DNA of 62,171 nt, filler included, from Sphacelaria rigidula (lineage: Eukaryota): assembly GCA_964200075.2 (NCBI GenBank). It is 8 parts of 8 records of this genome, joined end to end, with 100 filler letters (N's around TTAATTAATTAA, not from the genome) between each part and the next. Parts side by side here need not be neighbours in the genome. Positions count along the whole stretch, not along the records: positions 46,707 to 54,389 come from CAXNAA020013805.1; positions 54,490 to 62,171 come from CAXNAA020013806.1; 6 more parts are not named here. One strand, 5' to 3'. Made by a program: the position numbers and the translations under genes. This document shows, in pieces, positions 48,455 to 61,200 of the stretch. Position 1 is the first letter of the stretch; the number at the start of each line of letters is the position of its first letter. Under the pieces are notes generated by a model, which had not been told where the DNA came from, searched no databases, and worked only from the letters and a program-made list of their open reading frames with translations.

Positions 48455-49105
48455 CCTGACGCCTTGGAGGGATTTCTCCTACCCATTGAGGGCGTTCCAG
48501 GGCAACTTTGCATTTCCCGCTGGCCGCCGCACTTCTATTTTTGGCCAAACACGGATTTTCAATGAAAAACGGTCAAGCGATCAAGAAACAGGGAGAAATT
48601 ATTGATCACCTCACCGTTTTTCACTGGAAACCCGTGTTTCGCCTGATTTGGCCAGAGACAAAAGTGCGGTCAGCGGGAAATGCGAAGTTGCCCTAGAACG
48701 GTCTTGAGGAGTAGAGCAAGTCATTCCAAGGCGTCAACATCCGCCGAGCCCTCTTTTCGGGCGTAAATCAACAGAGAAGGGCCCAAAAGACAGTTTTTTT
48801 TACAGGAATTTTGAACGGCTAGGCGGATGTTGACGCCTTGGAATGACTTGCTCTACTCGTTGAGACGCTTTCAGCGCAACTTCGCATTTCCAGCTGGCGG
48901 CACTTTTATTTTCTGCCAAATGAGGCCCAGCACGGATTTTCAGTGAAGAACGGGCAGATGATCCAAATTTTCCCGTCTTTTGATCGCTTGACCGTTTTTT
49001 GTCGAAAATCCGTGTTCGGCCAAAAGTTAAAGTGCCGCCAGCGGGAAATGCAAAGTTGCCCTGGAAGCGTCTCAACGAGTAGGACAAGTCATTTCAAGGC
49101 GACAA
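48455..49105. repeat. Nested foldback repeat: two ~250-nt hairpin units in inverted orientation
   Basis: GGGCAACTTTGCATTTCCCGCTG...CAGCGGGAAATGCGAAGTTGCCC at ~48500-48693, and the mirrored unit at ~48875-49061. Confidence 0.75.
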
Positions 49106-51745
49106 CAGGCGCCTAACCCTCTTTTCAGGCGTAAATCGACAGAGAAGGGCCCAAAAGGCAGTGTTGGACAGGAATTGTGAGCGGCTGCCATTAGAGTCGG
49201 TCTTAGAGTTGTGACGCCCATTTTTTCACGAGAACACCCGAACCTCTCCCCCCTGAAAATTAAGGCTATTTCTCTTCAATCTAGTATACCTAATCCCCGC
49301 GTGCTACTAGCCTTGGCTTGCTAGCATCCTCCTCTCCTCACGGAGAATCCGCTGCTGCATATCACAGATGAATGATTTTCGAATCGCTCACCGTTTTGAA
49401 TGGGATTTGAATGTCGTTTGAGGCCCTATTAATAACTCCTCAATGTGAGGGGTCACATTTTCTGCATTTTTCAACATTTTCAAAGGAAAACAAGCCAAAT
49501 AACGTGATTTTTCTCGCCTCCCGCGATGCCCCCTCACTAGCCGGGGGGGGGGGGGCGGGGGGGGCGTTTGCGGATCGCGGCTTTGCCGCTCGCCGCCATC
49601 GCCGATTAACTGGAGATACATCGATTTACTGGCCGCTGGCGCGGCCAGTACAAACTTGACTGTCCAGAGCAGCCAGTTCACAGCTCTAGTGCCTTCACTT
49701 CAAACACGATGAGAGTAGTCCCGAAGCAAGCTTCAACTTCACCACAAGCGGTCGATCTGAGGCAATCTGGGCTCGAGGGTCGCACGCGGTCACAGGGTTG
49801 CCTGCGTATATCACGATTGCCCGTCTACACTGACTCAAGCATTCCCGCCGTACTGACTGTGCTGCAGCAGTGTATGTGTAGTACAGACAGTTGAAGGCTT
49901 TGGCACGACCAGGTCGTTCTTGGCTTTGGATATCCTCAAGGGGGGCAAGAGCAACCAGAGAAAAACTGGCGAACATCTCGATATTTCAACACGGATTGGG
50001 ATTCAAGATCTTCTTTGCCGACAAAGCCAGTTCTGGAGTCAACCCTCAGTCTACGCACACCGCCGCTTTCTAAAAGATGGGAATTGCACGTCACTTGTAC
50101 GACTGAATTGGCACCGACAGCACAGTACAATACCGTTAGCACAGTAGAGTGGATTACGACTGTACCGTAGGGCTTCCGTAAAGAGTAAATTGAACTGTTG
50201 TGCGACGTCTTTGCAGGAGACAAACCGACGGTAGTACAGTCGGTAGTGGATGGAGTGTTCTTCTGTAGTTCCACCGACTCTACTGTTGTGTTGCTGCTGT
50301 CGAGTATAATATTATAGAGAAATATCAATCTTGGGGTACCCGAAAATAATTGACTTTATTACGACCGTGAAATTTACCAGGAACTTCGACTTTGTGATTT
50401 TTTATCGATCCGAGATACCTCTACACTATTTTAGTGTTCGCTCTGCACGGTATACATGCATCACATATAGTAGTGAAGATTGGAGGCGAAGCATCGAGAA
50501 TGCCGCACTCAGATGCTGTGACCGTTATAGAGACAAACCGAGTGATGGGCCCCAATACTTGCTGAAACGTCAGTCTATGTAGTTGAGCCTCAGGCAATTT
50601 GAGATAGCAAACGGGGGGTTCATCCAGGCATTTTCCCGAGCACGGCGTCGCAAATACAGTAGTGCCCTGCGCGTCAACCGCGCGTAATACAGTACCCTAC
50701 AGTAAATCAAGCAGGTGATCGAAGTTTGTCTTTGCTGTGCTGACCGCAGACCGCGCAAAAAATGTATGTGCATGTGCATGAGCACGGCACGGACCACCCC
50801 CTCCCTTCTCCTTACGAAACACGGAAGCGGTACTTGCAGCCTACCAATGTCGGCTTGCAGATAATGGTGCATTCCGATAATCGCTACCAAGCTGTACCAC
50901 TATTGTGTAACGGCAGTATTCTCTGGAGTTATCCGCAATAAGAGGCAACGCGTCTGCCCATTATGAAATAGCCATGGACGGTACCAGTCACTACTTTTCC
51001 TGAATGCCGCATGCATGCAGTGTGGGCATGACGATTCCATACACATGAAAAAAATATGCTGGTAGAACGGAGACAGCTGGCGTAGTGGAGGACATGACAC
51101 TTGATATGATACAGACAGAGCTCCGATGGGTGTGCCATACACTGCAAGTGCTCTGTTGCTGGCGTGCGTGGGGCTACTGCAAGTCCGGGAGCATGCACAT
51201 GCAAAGGTGCTTAGGACACGTCTGGTGAAGATGCGTGCGTTTGGAACCTGAGCGCGGGGTTGATGATCCTGTTGCTGTAATTGCTGTTGTGGTGTGCGAT
51301 CGACGGGCGCACCACAGCACAGGAGGTGACTGGAATAACAGAACCACCATGACCCATGCATGGATGGGCCAGACTACTACATTGGGCGCAGCCAGACTTT
51401 CACAAGTGCATCCCAACCAGACGGATAGGGAACACCTCGAAGTACAGTAGATAGTGCAGGGCAATGGTAAACAGCTCCGTAGCCCTCGCCAAAAAGTTCG
51501 ACTTGAGGTTCAACCTCACGTGGCATACACGCCTGCAGCACGTGTGAGGAGACATGAATCCAATTGCACCCTCCCATGCAGACGTTCCACTGACTACTCT
51601 ACTACATTGCCAGCTGTACCGGGCATTATGATGGAGTGATCTTCCGTGTCCGAAACTTTACGTCCGAGCCGGCATTTCTCCACCCACACATCGACGACAG
51701 ACCTCATTCCTCTCTACTCCTCTGATGAACGCTTCCAGTACCTAC

Positions 51746-52026
51746 CTGTGCTGAGTAAAGCGATCCTCATTGCTAAAGATCCCCACCGTCCGGAGGCCGA
51801 GCTCATTGCCTGCACGCATGATCCTAACGGCGATTTCACCCCTGTTCGCAGCCATGAGACTCTTGAAGGGCATCTTGAACTTCGAACCGTCCCCCGGCAC
51901 GGTAGTACTCAGTACGCGTGAAAGTATCCCGTGCTTTCCCACGGCAGTGGGCCTAGCGGATAGGCGCTGAGCAGCCACGCGGCGGCCCAGGCCGCCTGGG
52001 ACAAGCAGCCCGTGTCTGAAGTGCAT
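51746..52026 (-). CDS. PC: Pyruvate carboxylase, first coding exon (presequence plus start of biotin carboxylase domain); rest of gene not in this contig
   Basis: MHFRHGLLVPGG...KMPFKSLMAANRGEIAVRIMRAGNELGLRTVGIFSNEDRFTQHR. The ANRGEIA motif plus ELG..TV.IFS.EDR...HR is typical of pyruvate carboxylases. Donor AG|gtaggt at 51745. Confidence 0.88.
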
Positions 52027-54389
52027 CGCGGAGTTTTGGCAACTGGAGAACGTGAGTGAGCCTTGGACACGGCAGTAGTTTTTGAAAGGGGTTGGGAAAG
52101 AGGTTCGTGAAGTTATACGGAGGTTGCCCTTGGATTACTTGTGATAATGTGCTTTGTTGCGAAGAAGAGTAGAAGGTCGCCTTTCCGTGATGTGCTGTCC
52201 ACCGTGGTCCGTTCGAATAAAGCACCCCGCGATGGGCTCCTCGGCAGAGTGCGACAATTGAACTGTTAGATGGCGGCCTGTTGAGCGCTGCGGGGGTGTC
52301 CGGCCGTCCGGCCGATATAACGAAAAATGTAACCGCCCATATTATTCATATTTTTACATGGATGTTCCCCCGTCCCCTATGCGGAGGGGAACGCCTTTTT
52401 CGACAAGCGTCGAAACCATCCATATGTGTCGTAAGACCTAAATTTTGACCGAAAGTCACTCGCTTCGTAAGGACGAAGGACGTGACGTGACGTGACGTGC
52501 CCTAACTTGTGCCAATACGACCCTTCATCAGAGAGACTGGGAACAGCCAAGACTTACAAGACTTACGCCGAAACGGTAGATATCACCCGTGTGGTCAAGT
52601 TTTCTGGGATAATGCGGGCATATATATTACTATAAATAATTAGACGGTTTTTAGTGTCCGAGACTTCAGAATCATAATTGCCAAATAACCTGCACGCGTT
52701 GCCTCTCCAGACGATATTGCTGCTGCTGTACAACCGCCGCAAAATAGACATCAAATAGTATGTTTCGCCTTATCTTTGCTTCCTGCAAAAGGGTTGAGTT
52801 GTTCGGGGTTTTTTTTTCCCCCATCCGAGTGTCCATCCTGATATTTATTTTTTTCCAGCTTGGTACAATCGAGTATCTGTAGTTCGCTGCTGCAGTGACT
52901 TACAGTACCCCGGAACAGTGAAAGGGCATAATTTCTTGTTTGCGTAGTGGGTTTGGCCGCGTCTTATCGGGATGGCAAAAATCGCGAAGGACAAAGCAAG
53001 CGTCTGAAAGCAGCATTATACAACAACAGTATTAATGTGCCATGATACTGAATCTTTGATTCCTCGACCACGGGTCTGAACAAGAGCGCTAATACGAGGA
53101 AAAACGGAACCATTATAGGTGAGCGGTTTCCAATGTGAAGACAACAACAACATCAACACATCAACAGCAACATTATCCATCGCTTGACGACCGACACAAG
53201 TACCAAGCACGACTTTACGCTTCGGTCGTTTGTTGTTGCTGCTGCAGCTGCTATACTAGGAAACCTGCTGCGACCACCGCCGGTGAGTGTATGAAGGACT
53301 ACTTTCTTCGTCGCATCAAGCACGCACCTGTCTTGAGATCTCCATGTCTTTTGAGGGATCTGATGGCGGACAGACGCGGTCTGGACTGGTGGGACAGCAC
53401 CCTTCATTACACCGAACCGAACAAGCTCATAGGGAGCAGGCCCAGTCAAGTAGCTCTTCATCGACATCGAAAAGGGTGTACTTTAATAAGTAGCGGAATT
53501 CATTCAAGGAGGCGGCAGTCCAAGCACGTGGTCCTTGTTTCCTGCTTGACATCGAAGTGGGTACATGATCCTGCATACGAGTATCGTTCGCCGGAGATAT
53601 ATTCATTCGTTTCACCAGTAACCCCGCCGACGGCATAATGATGGTCTCACATACGAACAATCCTGATGCTTCGCGTTTTTGACCGATTTCGATTGTTTCG
53701 CTCAATGTTTTCGTGAGATTGAGAGTCTAGCATTGATCAAGAGTGAGGGCGTGCCATATTAAAAAAAAAATCGGCTCGAACGAGTTCGTGCGGCGGAACT
53801 GATTTAGATTTATTTGCTACGTTTGCGTCCGAGCGAATTTGACCGCTTTGAATCGAAAAGGCTAAGTGAAATTCGTGAAGCGGTACTTCTTTACGTTTAC
53901 ACAAGGTCCCTCGCAGGCCTCAGCGGCCCCTTTCTTAGCGGGTCACGGCTGACGCGTTATATACAACGAAGCCCTCGTGTTTTGTCGTGTAAAAATATTT
54001 TTGAGAAGAATAAGAGGTTCGGCGCTGGTTTTGGCAGGAGGGTTGGCGGGAAGACGGTGAAGAGTACGTGAGCGAGAATGAGCCGTTACTACAGTACTGT
54101 ACTGTGCGTGTGATCGTAAAAAATGATTAGTGTGAGGAACGATATCGAGTGCACCGTAAGAAACGTAGACCCGAGTTTGAGTGTCGGCGGTACATTTTTT
54201 CATGTAATTGGTGTCGAAGCACTCTAAAAAAAAGGAACGCCGCATGACAAAAAACAAACACGATATGTGGTGTCGGAAAGTGATGCTCTCAACGAGCAAT
54301 ACGCATAACTCTCAGACCGCGAGGTTAGTCTTATGTTGAATCGGCATCAATTTCACGTGAAAAAAAGTATGCATGATCCAGAAAGACTA

Positions 54390-54489
54390 NNNNNNNNNNN
54401 NNNNNNNNNNNNNNNNNNNNNNNNNNNNNNNNNTTAATTAATTAANNNNNNNNNNNNNNNNNNNNNNNNNNNNNNNNNNNNNNNNNNNN
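54390..54489. other. Artificial contig linker
   Basis: N44-TTAATTAATTAA-N44. Confidence 0.99.
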
Positions 54490-55554
54490 ACGTCGCATTG
54501 TAAGCAGAGAGAACTGATAGTCCTGAGCCGTCTGCAATGCACGTTGCCCTTTATATCCTGCTGCACGAAACACGCACACACGCACTCAAGACACCCTACG
54601 TGCAAGCAGTGCAAACAGTACAGACTGCCTGTACTGTACACGAGTGACCATGTACCGTTTCACGAATTTCAGTGTCTTTTTTCGATCTACAGCTTGAAAA
54701 TCCATCCGGACCCAACTGCATCAAAACGAGAAATTTTCGCTCAGGTAGGTTCCACCGTCTCATTTTTTCGATCGAAAAAAAAGTGCCAAGACAGGCCCTT
54801 ACAGCACAGCTTGCTGACCCATATTTCAGGTTTCCACACTTCGGATAGCTCATGAGCTCTCTCAATTTGACTTCTTACTAGTGTACCGATCCGGATCATG
54901 AGCTATAATACTCATATTTGCTCCCTACGACGCTGGATGCCGACCACGCGGAGTAGCACAAGGGTAGCGTTTTGCCTTCTCGGACCCTGCTATCACGTGT
55001 TTTGTGCTTTTGGACGACATGTCTGAGATCCTTCTTTGAACAGTTACCGTAGGTGGCTCATGAGCTGTCCAACGCGTGCAGGTTTCCTTGCGATCTTATC
55101 TTTCTCACGACTTGACGCTCAATTAGATCAGATGCGAACTGACCGTGTTTCTATGCCTTGTCTCGGTTGCTCTTCGAAGGTAGCGCACAGAGCACATATG
55201 AGAAGCTACATCGGCGTACTTGAAATATTGCCCATGTACAATAAAATGACGCGGGAGGGTGTTGATTGGGATGATGTAAACAGTCCTCCGCGGGTATTAA
55301 CGCAGCCCGGAGTCACCAGACGTACCGACATCATCTGCAAGACCCGTGGCAAGCCGAATTGGATCATGCTTGTTTTGGCAAATATTTTTCCGCTCGCATA
55401 AGGTTGTTTGCTGTGTGGGACACAAAGGTGCTGCCCCGGGTAGTTGCTCCGTGACGGCTGCTCACATATCGGCTGTCCATTTGCGTCTTTCTTCTGCTGT
55501 TGCTGGTGCCGTCGTGCCTTTTGGCGCTCTTTGCTGGCTTGGGGTTGGGGACAG

Positions 55555-55600
55555 ACCCGTTGCCAAGCGATTGAAGCAAAACGCAAGGGTATTTCGACAG
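55555..55600 (+). CDS. TIC21/PIC1-like (DUF3611) plastid envelope protein, short internal exon
   Basis: acag|A CCC GTT...CAG|gtgagc gives PVAKRLKQNARVFRQ, which joins in frame to the exon at 56505. Confidence 0.7.
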
Positions 55601-55856
55601 GTGAGCGAAGCAGTACCCCCTCCCTGTTTTACTTGACGAAAGTTCAATTATCAGTGTTGAAAGCTTTAACTGACAGGAGATAATGGTCCGATTTTGGGAT
55701 CCGCCCGCTGTTACTTTGGTAACACAGACGCTGTCGTGAGACCGACGCGTGGTCACTGCAGTACAGCATTGCTGTAACACATATTCGTAACGGACGTTCA
55801 TGTGCAGCTAGTTTGTTTTCGATTCGTTCCTCACGTTCCTCCCCTCTCGACCCGAG

Positions 55857-56005
55857 TGCTCCGTCTCGAAAGGGATGCGTGTTCAATGATCAAATGGTCA
55901 AGGCAAGCAACAAATGAGTACGCCCCCCCCTCTCTCGATGCTCCGTCTCGAAAGGGATGCGTGGTCAATGGTCAAATGACTAAGGCAAGCAACAAATGAG
56001 TACGC
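55857..56005 (+). mobile_element. Two tandem ultra-short elements (55857-55923, 55939-56005) in a TIC21 intron
   Basis: Each copy is followed by C-run-TCTCTCGA, and CCCCTCTCGACCC also precedes the first copy. Confidence 0.85.
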
Positions 56006-56504
56006 CCCCCCCCCCTCTCTCGACCCGGCATAGTGTGAGGAAATATACTAACGGTAGTGACCTCACGAGGACGTGTGCGTGCTTCACATTTTTAGCTCCT
56101 TAATGATATCGGCCTGGCTGTCGTGGAAATTCTTATGTTTCTCTTTGCTTCCCGCCCTCTTTTCCTTCGTGCACTCTGGCAGGACGGGGTGGGTACAAAA
56201 ATAGAGATGAAGAACCATGGTCCTAAACCAGCGTGTTGCAAGGGCGGGGTTGATGAGGCCACAGTGAGGCGTGCGTGATAAGGCTACTAAGTTCGTTACA
56301 GGCAGATTACTTTCTCAATAGCCTTTGTGCGTATGGGATTTATTACTAGAGTACGTTGTAGAGTGCACAGTACCAGGATTACGCCGCCCTTCAATTTCTG
56401 ATGTGTGATTTGAAAACCTGTGCCGATCAGATCGAAAGACCAGTCTACACAAAATTCCGAAGATTGTTTCATTTGAACAACCCCTTGCTCCCCCCACCTG
56501 GCAG

Positions 56505-56671
56505 GTGAGCTGGCTGTCGTGGTGGGCGCAGACGATTCTGTCCACGGTTGCGTTCATCATCCTCCTGTTTTCAAACGCAGTGACGAACCGCTCTGCGCGC
56601 GGCAACATCCTCGGGAACGGAGTGGCACTAGCATTGGGGAGCCTGGTTGCCTCGGCGGCAAGCATCTGCTG
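56505..56671 (+). CDS. TIC21/PIC1-like (DUF3611) protein, internal exon
   Basis: gcag|VSWLSWWAQTILSTVAFIILLFSNAVTNRSARGNILGNGVALALGSLVASAASIC(W)|gtgatt. Matches the DUF3611 pattern W.Q..L..V...IL.F. Phase 2. Confidence 0.88.
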
Positions 56672-57401
56672 GTGATTAGATGGATTGACGGTTTGGCTTC
56701 GGTATGTGTAGGTCTGCGTGTTTCCGAGCGTGTTTTGTGTTGGGGTGTTTGTGTGGGTGAGCATTGCGTGTGTATGTGATTGCCTGTTTGCGACAACATC
56801 TTCAGGAGCTGATGGCTTTTTTTCGATCCACTCATGGTATGCAACTTGGAGACTCCAGCATGCATTTTCTGATCCCCCCCCCCCCCCCCGTCCTCGATTG
56901 GTACCTTCTGGGCTCGGAACTGAGCTGTGCGTGGAAAAATGGCAATCTCTGTTTTGCTTTTTGCTCGCCGAGAGGGGTGCTCGACACCTCAACATATGTG
57001 AACAAGAAAGTTCAGTGTCCATCGTACAAGGGCGTGCTGCGTATGCGTTTGTAAATGAGACAGTCGGAAATAGTGGTAACAGTAGTAGTGGTTGTAGTAG
57101 TAGTAGTAGCAGCAGCAACAGTAGTAGTAGTAGAGTATTGATAATGGTAATGATGATCATGATAGCAATACCCCTCCTACCCGCATCGATCAGACAGTAC
57201 CACACCATCGTGCTCGCTACACTTGCTGGTGAGTCGGTCAGCTGAGAACGCAGCCGGGACTAGAGACCACCAGGAATCGCTCGGTGCTGCTGTACACCGC
57301 TATGCTCACCCCTTTCTCATGGCAAGTCTTCAATCAAAAACCTACTGAGTAACGTTGTCCCGCCTCCGTCCTTATTTTCCGCCGCACGTCCGCTTAATTA
57401 G

Positions 57402-57595
57402 GACCTGGGGTTACACGTTGAAGGCGAGGGGATGGTCCAAGTTGAGCTCGCTGCCGGAGGTCGATGACGCACAGCTGCGCATGCGGAACTCTCTGAAGAT
57501 GGGGCTTTACATCAACGTGGCGGGTATGCTCCTGGCTCTGGTGGGAGCGGAGCAGATCGTGGGGACCCTTGTAGCTAAGGTCTTGTACGCTCAAG
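57402..57595 (+). CDS. TIC21/PIC1-like (DUF3611) protein, internal exon
   Basis: ttag|G completes Trp, then TWGYTLKARGWSKLSSLPEVDDAQLRMRNSLKMGLYINVAGMLLALVGAEQIVGTLVAKVLYAQ(G)|gtgaag. Contains the N..GM....G....VG.LVAK.L motif. Confidence 0.9.
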
Positions 57596-58056
57596 GTGAA
57601 GTTTGAAGTTATCGCTTTTTACAATGAAGCCTCTGGTGTGCTATTTCCGGTGGAGCGCATGCTCGACAAGGCGTTGCTGAGTGCGATGGAAGAGCCCTTC
57701 CCAAAGCAATGCGCACATGTTCTGTTTTTATATTGTGAATATCGCATGGCAGGTATATTTGCGCGGGTACAGGCTGCGACTCGATTGTTCCCCTTGGCCA
57801 GTGAGACCCGTTAGTCGGCATCTATCGAAAGTGACACATAGTTTTGTCTCACACGGGTATGCCGCCATATCGTGTTAAACCGTACAAAACGCAACGCGAT
57901 GGCGCGTACCTTGCAAGGCTCGAACCAAGCGTGTAGATGATTTCTCCCCCGCTGAAAATGTGCTTTGTTGACAACGTGGATTGTCTTTTTGCGTGGCGGG
58001 TTTCTGTTGCGTCCCTTTCTTGTCGCGGCGGTGATCAATTTTTCTTTTGTGTGCAG

Positions 58057-58250
58057 GTTTCCAGCCCTCGGTAATGGTGGGGACCGCAGGGGCCGCGGAG
58101 GTGGCGCAGGCGCAGTTCCGCGCCCTGGACGTATTCATCGTGCAAGCCAACACAAACACACTGCTCAGCCACTTCTGCTCGCTGGCGGTGTCGCTCTGGC
58201 TTCTTGCGAGGACGCCCAAGCTCGCGAAGCTAGCCAAAGGCATTTACTAG
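58057..58250 (+). CDS. TIC21/PIC1-like (DUF3611) protein, last exon
   Basis: ttttgtgtgcag|GFQPSVMVGTAGAAEVAQAQFRALDVFIVQANTNTLLSHFCSLAVSLWLLARTPKLAKLAKGIY*. ALDVF.VQA..NTLLSHF is the TIC21/DUF3611 C-terminal signature. Confidence 0.92.
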
Positions 58251-61200
58251 TGACGAGCGGGCCGGAGGCTCAACTCCGTAATCGCTTATTTGATTATGGG
58301 TTTCGTCATGATACTCTTGGAAGCACGTATTTTGAAAAGTGAGAATCCCACGCCTTGTGTTTGCCATTTTCAACTTTTGTCTTGCCAGTGTATACAGCCC
58401 CCCCCCCCCTCTCCCCAGCTCGCTCCCCTTTGAGATCTTGGGGGTTATTTTTACCGGACCTTGATGCTTGGGAGCACACTCGCGGTGGATTCACGTCAAA
58501 TGTCACACACTCAGTTTGTGCGCGCTAGCGTACAATTTGGATCCGATAAAGCCCTGCGCGCGTATCGCTCAGCGCGCGTATTACAGCATACGGTATTTAT
58601 AGGTTAAGCAGATTGTGCTGCGTTTTTCCTGGTAGCTATTTATCAACGCGGTTTTCGAGAAAGCGCTTGGAGCTGATCATACGTGTGCGGAGCGTACCCT
58701 GTTTTGTGGTTGTTTGACGCCCTGACATCCGGGCGATGCTTGTTACTTGAGATTTACTATGGCTGCTCGGCCCGAATCTGCGCTGAGTTTAGTGCCTGTA
58801 GGCGGGTTCATCCACGATTTTGTTCCTCGAAGTGGTTGCACCTGTTTGTGCTTTGGAGGTAGGCATCGGATGGAACAATGACGTTGCATTGTACACCTTT
58901 AGTGCTTTGCCGCGCCTCGAACCTCTTCATGCCCGTAGTCCTGTTCCGGTACTGCAGAACCACGGCCGGAACTATAGTTGGGTGCGGCTGGAGAAGTAGG
59001 GCAACCACACAGATGGATATCACTGGAGCCTTGTCTATCAAGAAGTGTGCGTTGGCAGGTCACGCACGATGTAGTTGTTTGGCTCGAGATTGCAATGACG
59101 CGTGGTGTGCTACCGACGCACACAGTGTTTACGGATGTCCGGGGTCCTATCTCGTTGCATATATGCCGGAAGGATGGGTAATGTAGAGTTTTGTGCAAGT
59201 CCGGATACTGCCCTCGTGCTGGGGTCAAAGAGTGTGGTGAACAAAATGCGAGCGAGGCATGCTGCACAGGCATCTTGTGTTCACGAGGATTCATTCGCGT
59301 AAAATGGTTCTGCAAAATGTGACGAAACTGAGCCACCGGGTGCTCGACAAGTGCACCATGGCCCTGAATGTAGTCTATGTACTACCGTAGTGGAAGACGG
59401 CATATGTCACCAGCATGAGTATGTCAACCTTTTGGATAACGTCCCCAGGCAAAATATTTTCGGGGAGAGGGAGGGTTCTAGCACACCAAACTGCCACCTA
59501 TATTACCGAACACGGGTACGTATTATATCAATCACCTGCGCCCCTTGAATACTACCATCGGATGACCAGTTTCCCAGTTATTGATACCGTACTTCCCACG
59601 CAGGGTCTTACAGTCGTATTGAAAGTAGTAGTCAGGCGCACGAGCTAGCCCTACGTGTTTCACATTTGACGCTGTGGCTTCCCCCTGTTTGATGAACAGC
59701 GTGTCAGCATACAGTACATGAAAGCCTTGACCAATAATCCGCGTGTTATGTCGAGAATCGTTAATTCGCGTGCATATGTGCTTCGCTCAAATTATGTTCG
59801 CTCAAATGAATGGTTTTTCCTAGGTGCAGCAGTTTCTGTGCCCGCCCGACATCCTCCCTGGTATCTTGCGTAGTGACGTGTGAATGATAACTGATAGCGC
59901 TGTTGCGGATTTCCCCTCGTCACGGGTGATTGGCGGCTGAGATGTGCGTTTTTGTGTAAAGACCACAGATCACGGGCTCAGTCTTCACGTCCCTCATATG
60001 CTCGAAATCATGAAATCGCCCAGAATCGCCTGCAATTTTCAGTGAGTAACAGCTTAGAGCCTTATCTCTCCGTCCAGTACCCGTGCCGTTCACATTGCCC
60101 GCGCCCTCCGGGCTGCAGAGAATATCACGGCAGGGTTTTCATTATGCGCATTTTGTGTGATACGATGTACCTCGGTATGACGAAACTGGCTGCAGACGCA
60201 ACTGCCGTACTAACAATGTTTTGGTGAAATTGAGAGTCTAGAATACGACTGAGAGTGAGAAGCGGCAAGTTAGTGAAGTACAGTTTCAATTCCGAAATGC
60301 CCCTCCAGACCCTATGTAGGCTTTCTGTAGCAGTAGCTTTCCACCGAAGCCCTTGACGTCCGTGAAGAGGATACCGACGTGTAAATCTGTAAGCACGACA
60401 GTGTTCCCATACAGCAAAGAAACCGCCCACGAAACTAAAGGCTGATCAAGTGAGAGCGAATAACAATGAATGCTCAATTCTCAACCAACGCAAGACTCAA
60501 ATCACGAAAAAATTGAACACTATAACATCAAACCCTATCAACTACAAAAAGCTATCGCGTCTGTAAGAATCACGTGTGGTGGGAAACTCGGGCTTCAACT
60601 TGGGGTGTCTTGACAGCGCAGAAATCACTCGAATTCGAGAAAGGACGGTGTTGTGGTTGATCCGCTGCGCTACTGCGTCGTTTCCAAATCACTCTCGCTT
60701 TTCTGAGCTTGAGGAATATCTTAACCAACCCTCTCCTGATATCAAAATGTGGAACACCATTCCGATCCTTCCCGCACCAGGTACAATGAGTCAAAATTGT
60801 GTGGCGCTTAGGTTCGGAGACGCCACGCTGTGTGATCGGCTAAGAATTATCCGGGACATTTGCCTCTCCCTCCCTCCCAAAAAAGAGCCTAGCTGCCCAC
60901 AAAAATACCAAAATCTACCCCGTGACGTCAATCATGTTGAAAAACCAATTGCTCCAGATGGACATAGTTGGCGTTAGGCTGTGTCTTCTCAGATTGTTTA
61001 CGTTTCGGAAACGTGCGGCCGAATCGAATTCGCTCGTTTCTGATTCGTCCACACTATATATTTTCTCACATGGTTGAGAACATGGATGCCGAGGACGCAT
61101 CAGGTACGAGCAAATTCGATTCCACCGTACGTTTTCGAGTCGGAAACAATTTGATAAGACACGGCCTCAGACGTCAACCAGGAGATTTTGTCCTATCAGA

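Noticed and set aside
56315-57208. Longest ORF in the track (297 aa, minus strand)
   Set aside because: Antisense to a TIC21 exon and intron, low-complexity and microsatellite-derived, with no recognisable domain.
40401-58250. Apparent metabolic/organellar gene cluster (SDH3, PC, TIC21)
   Set aside because: The genes are on three different concatenated contigs.
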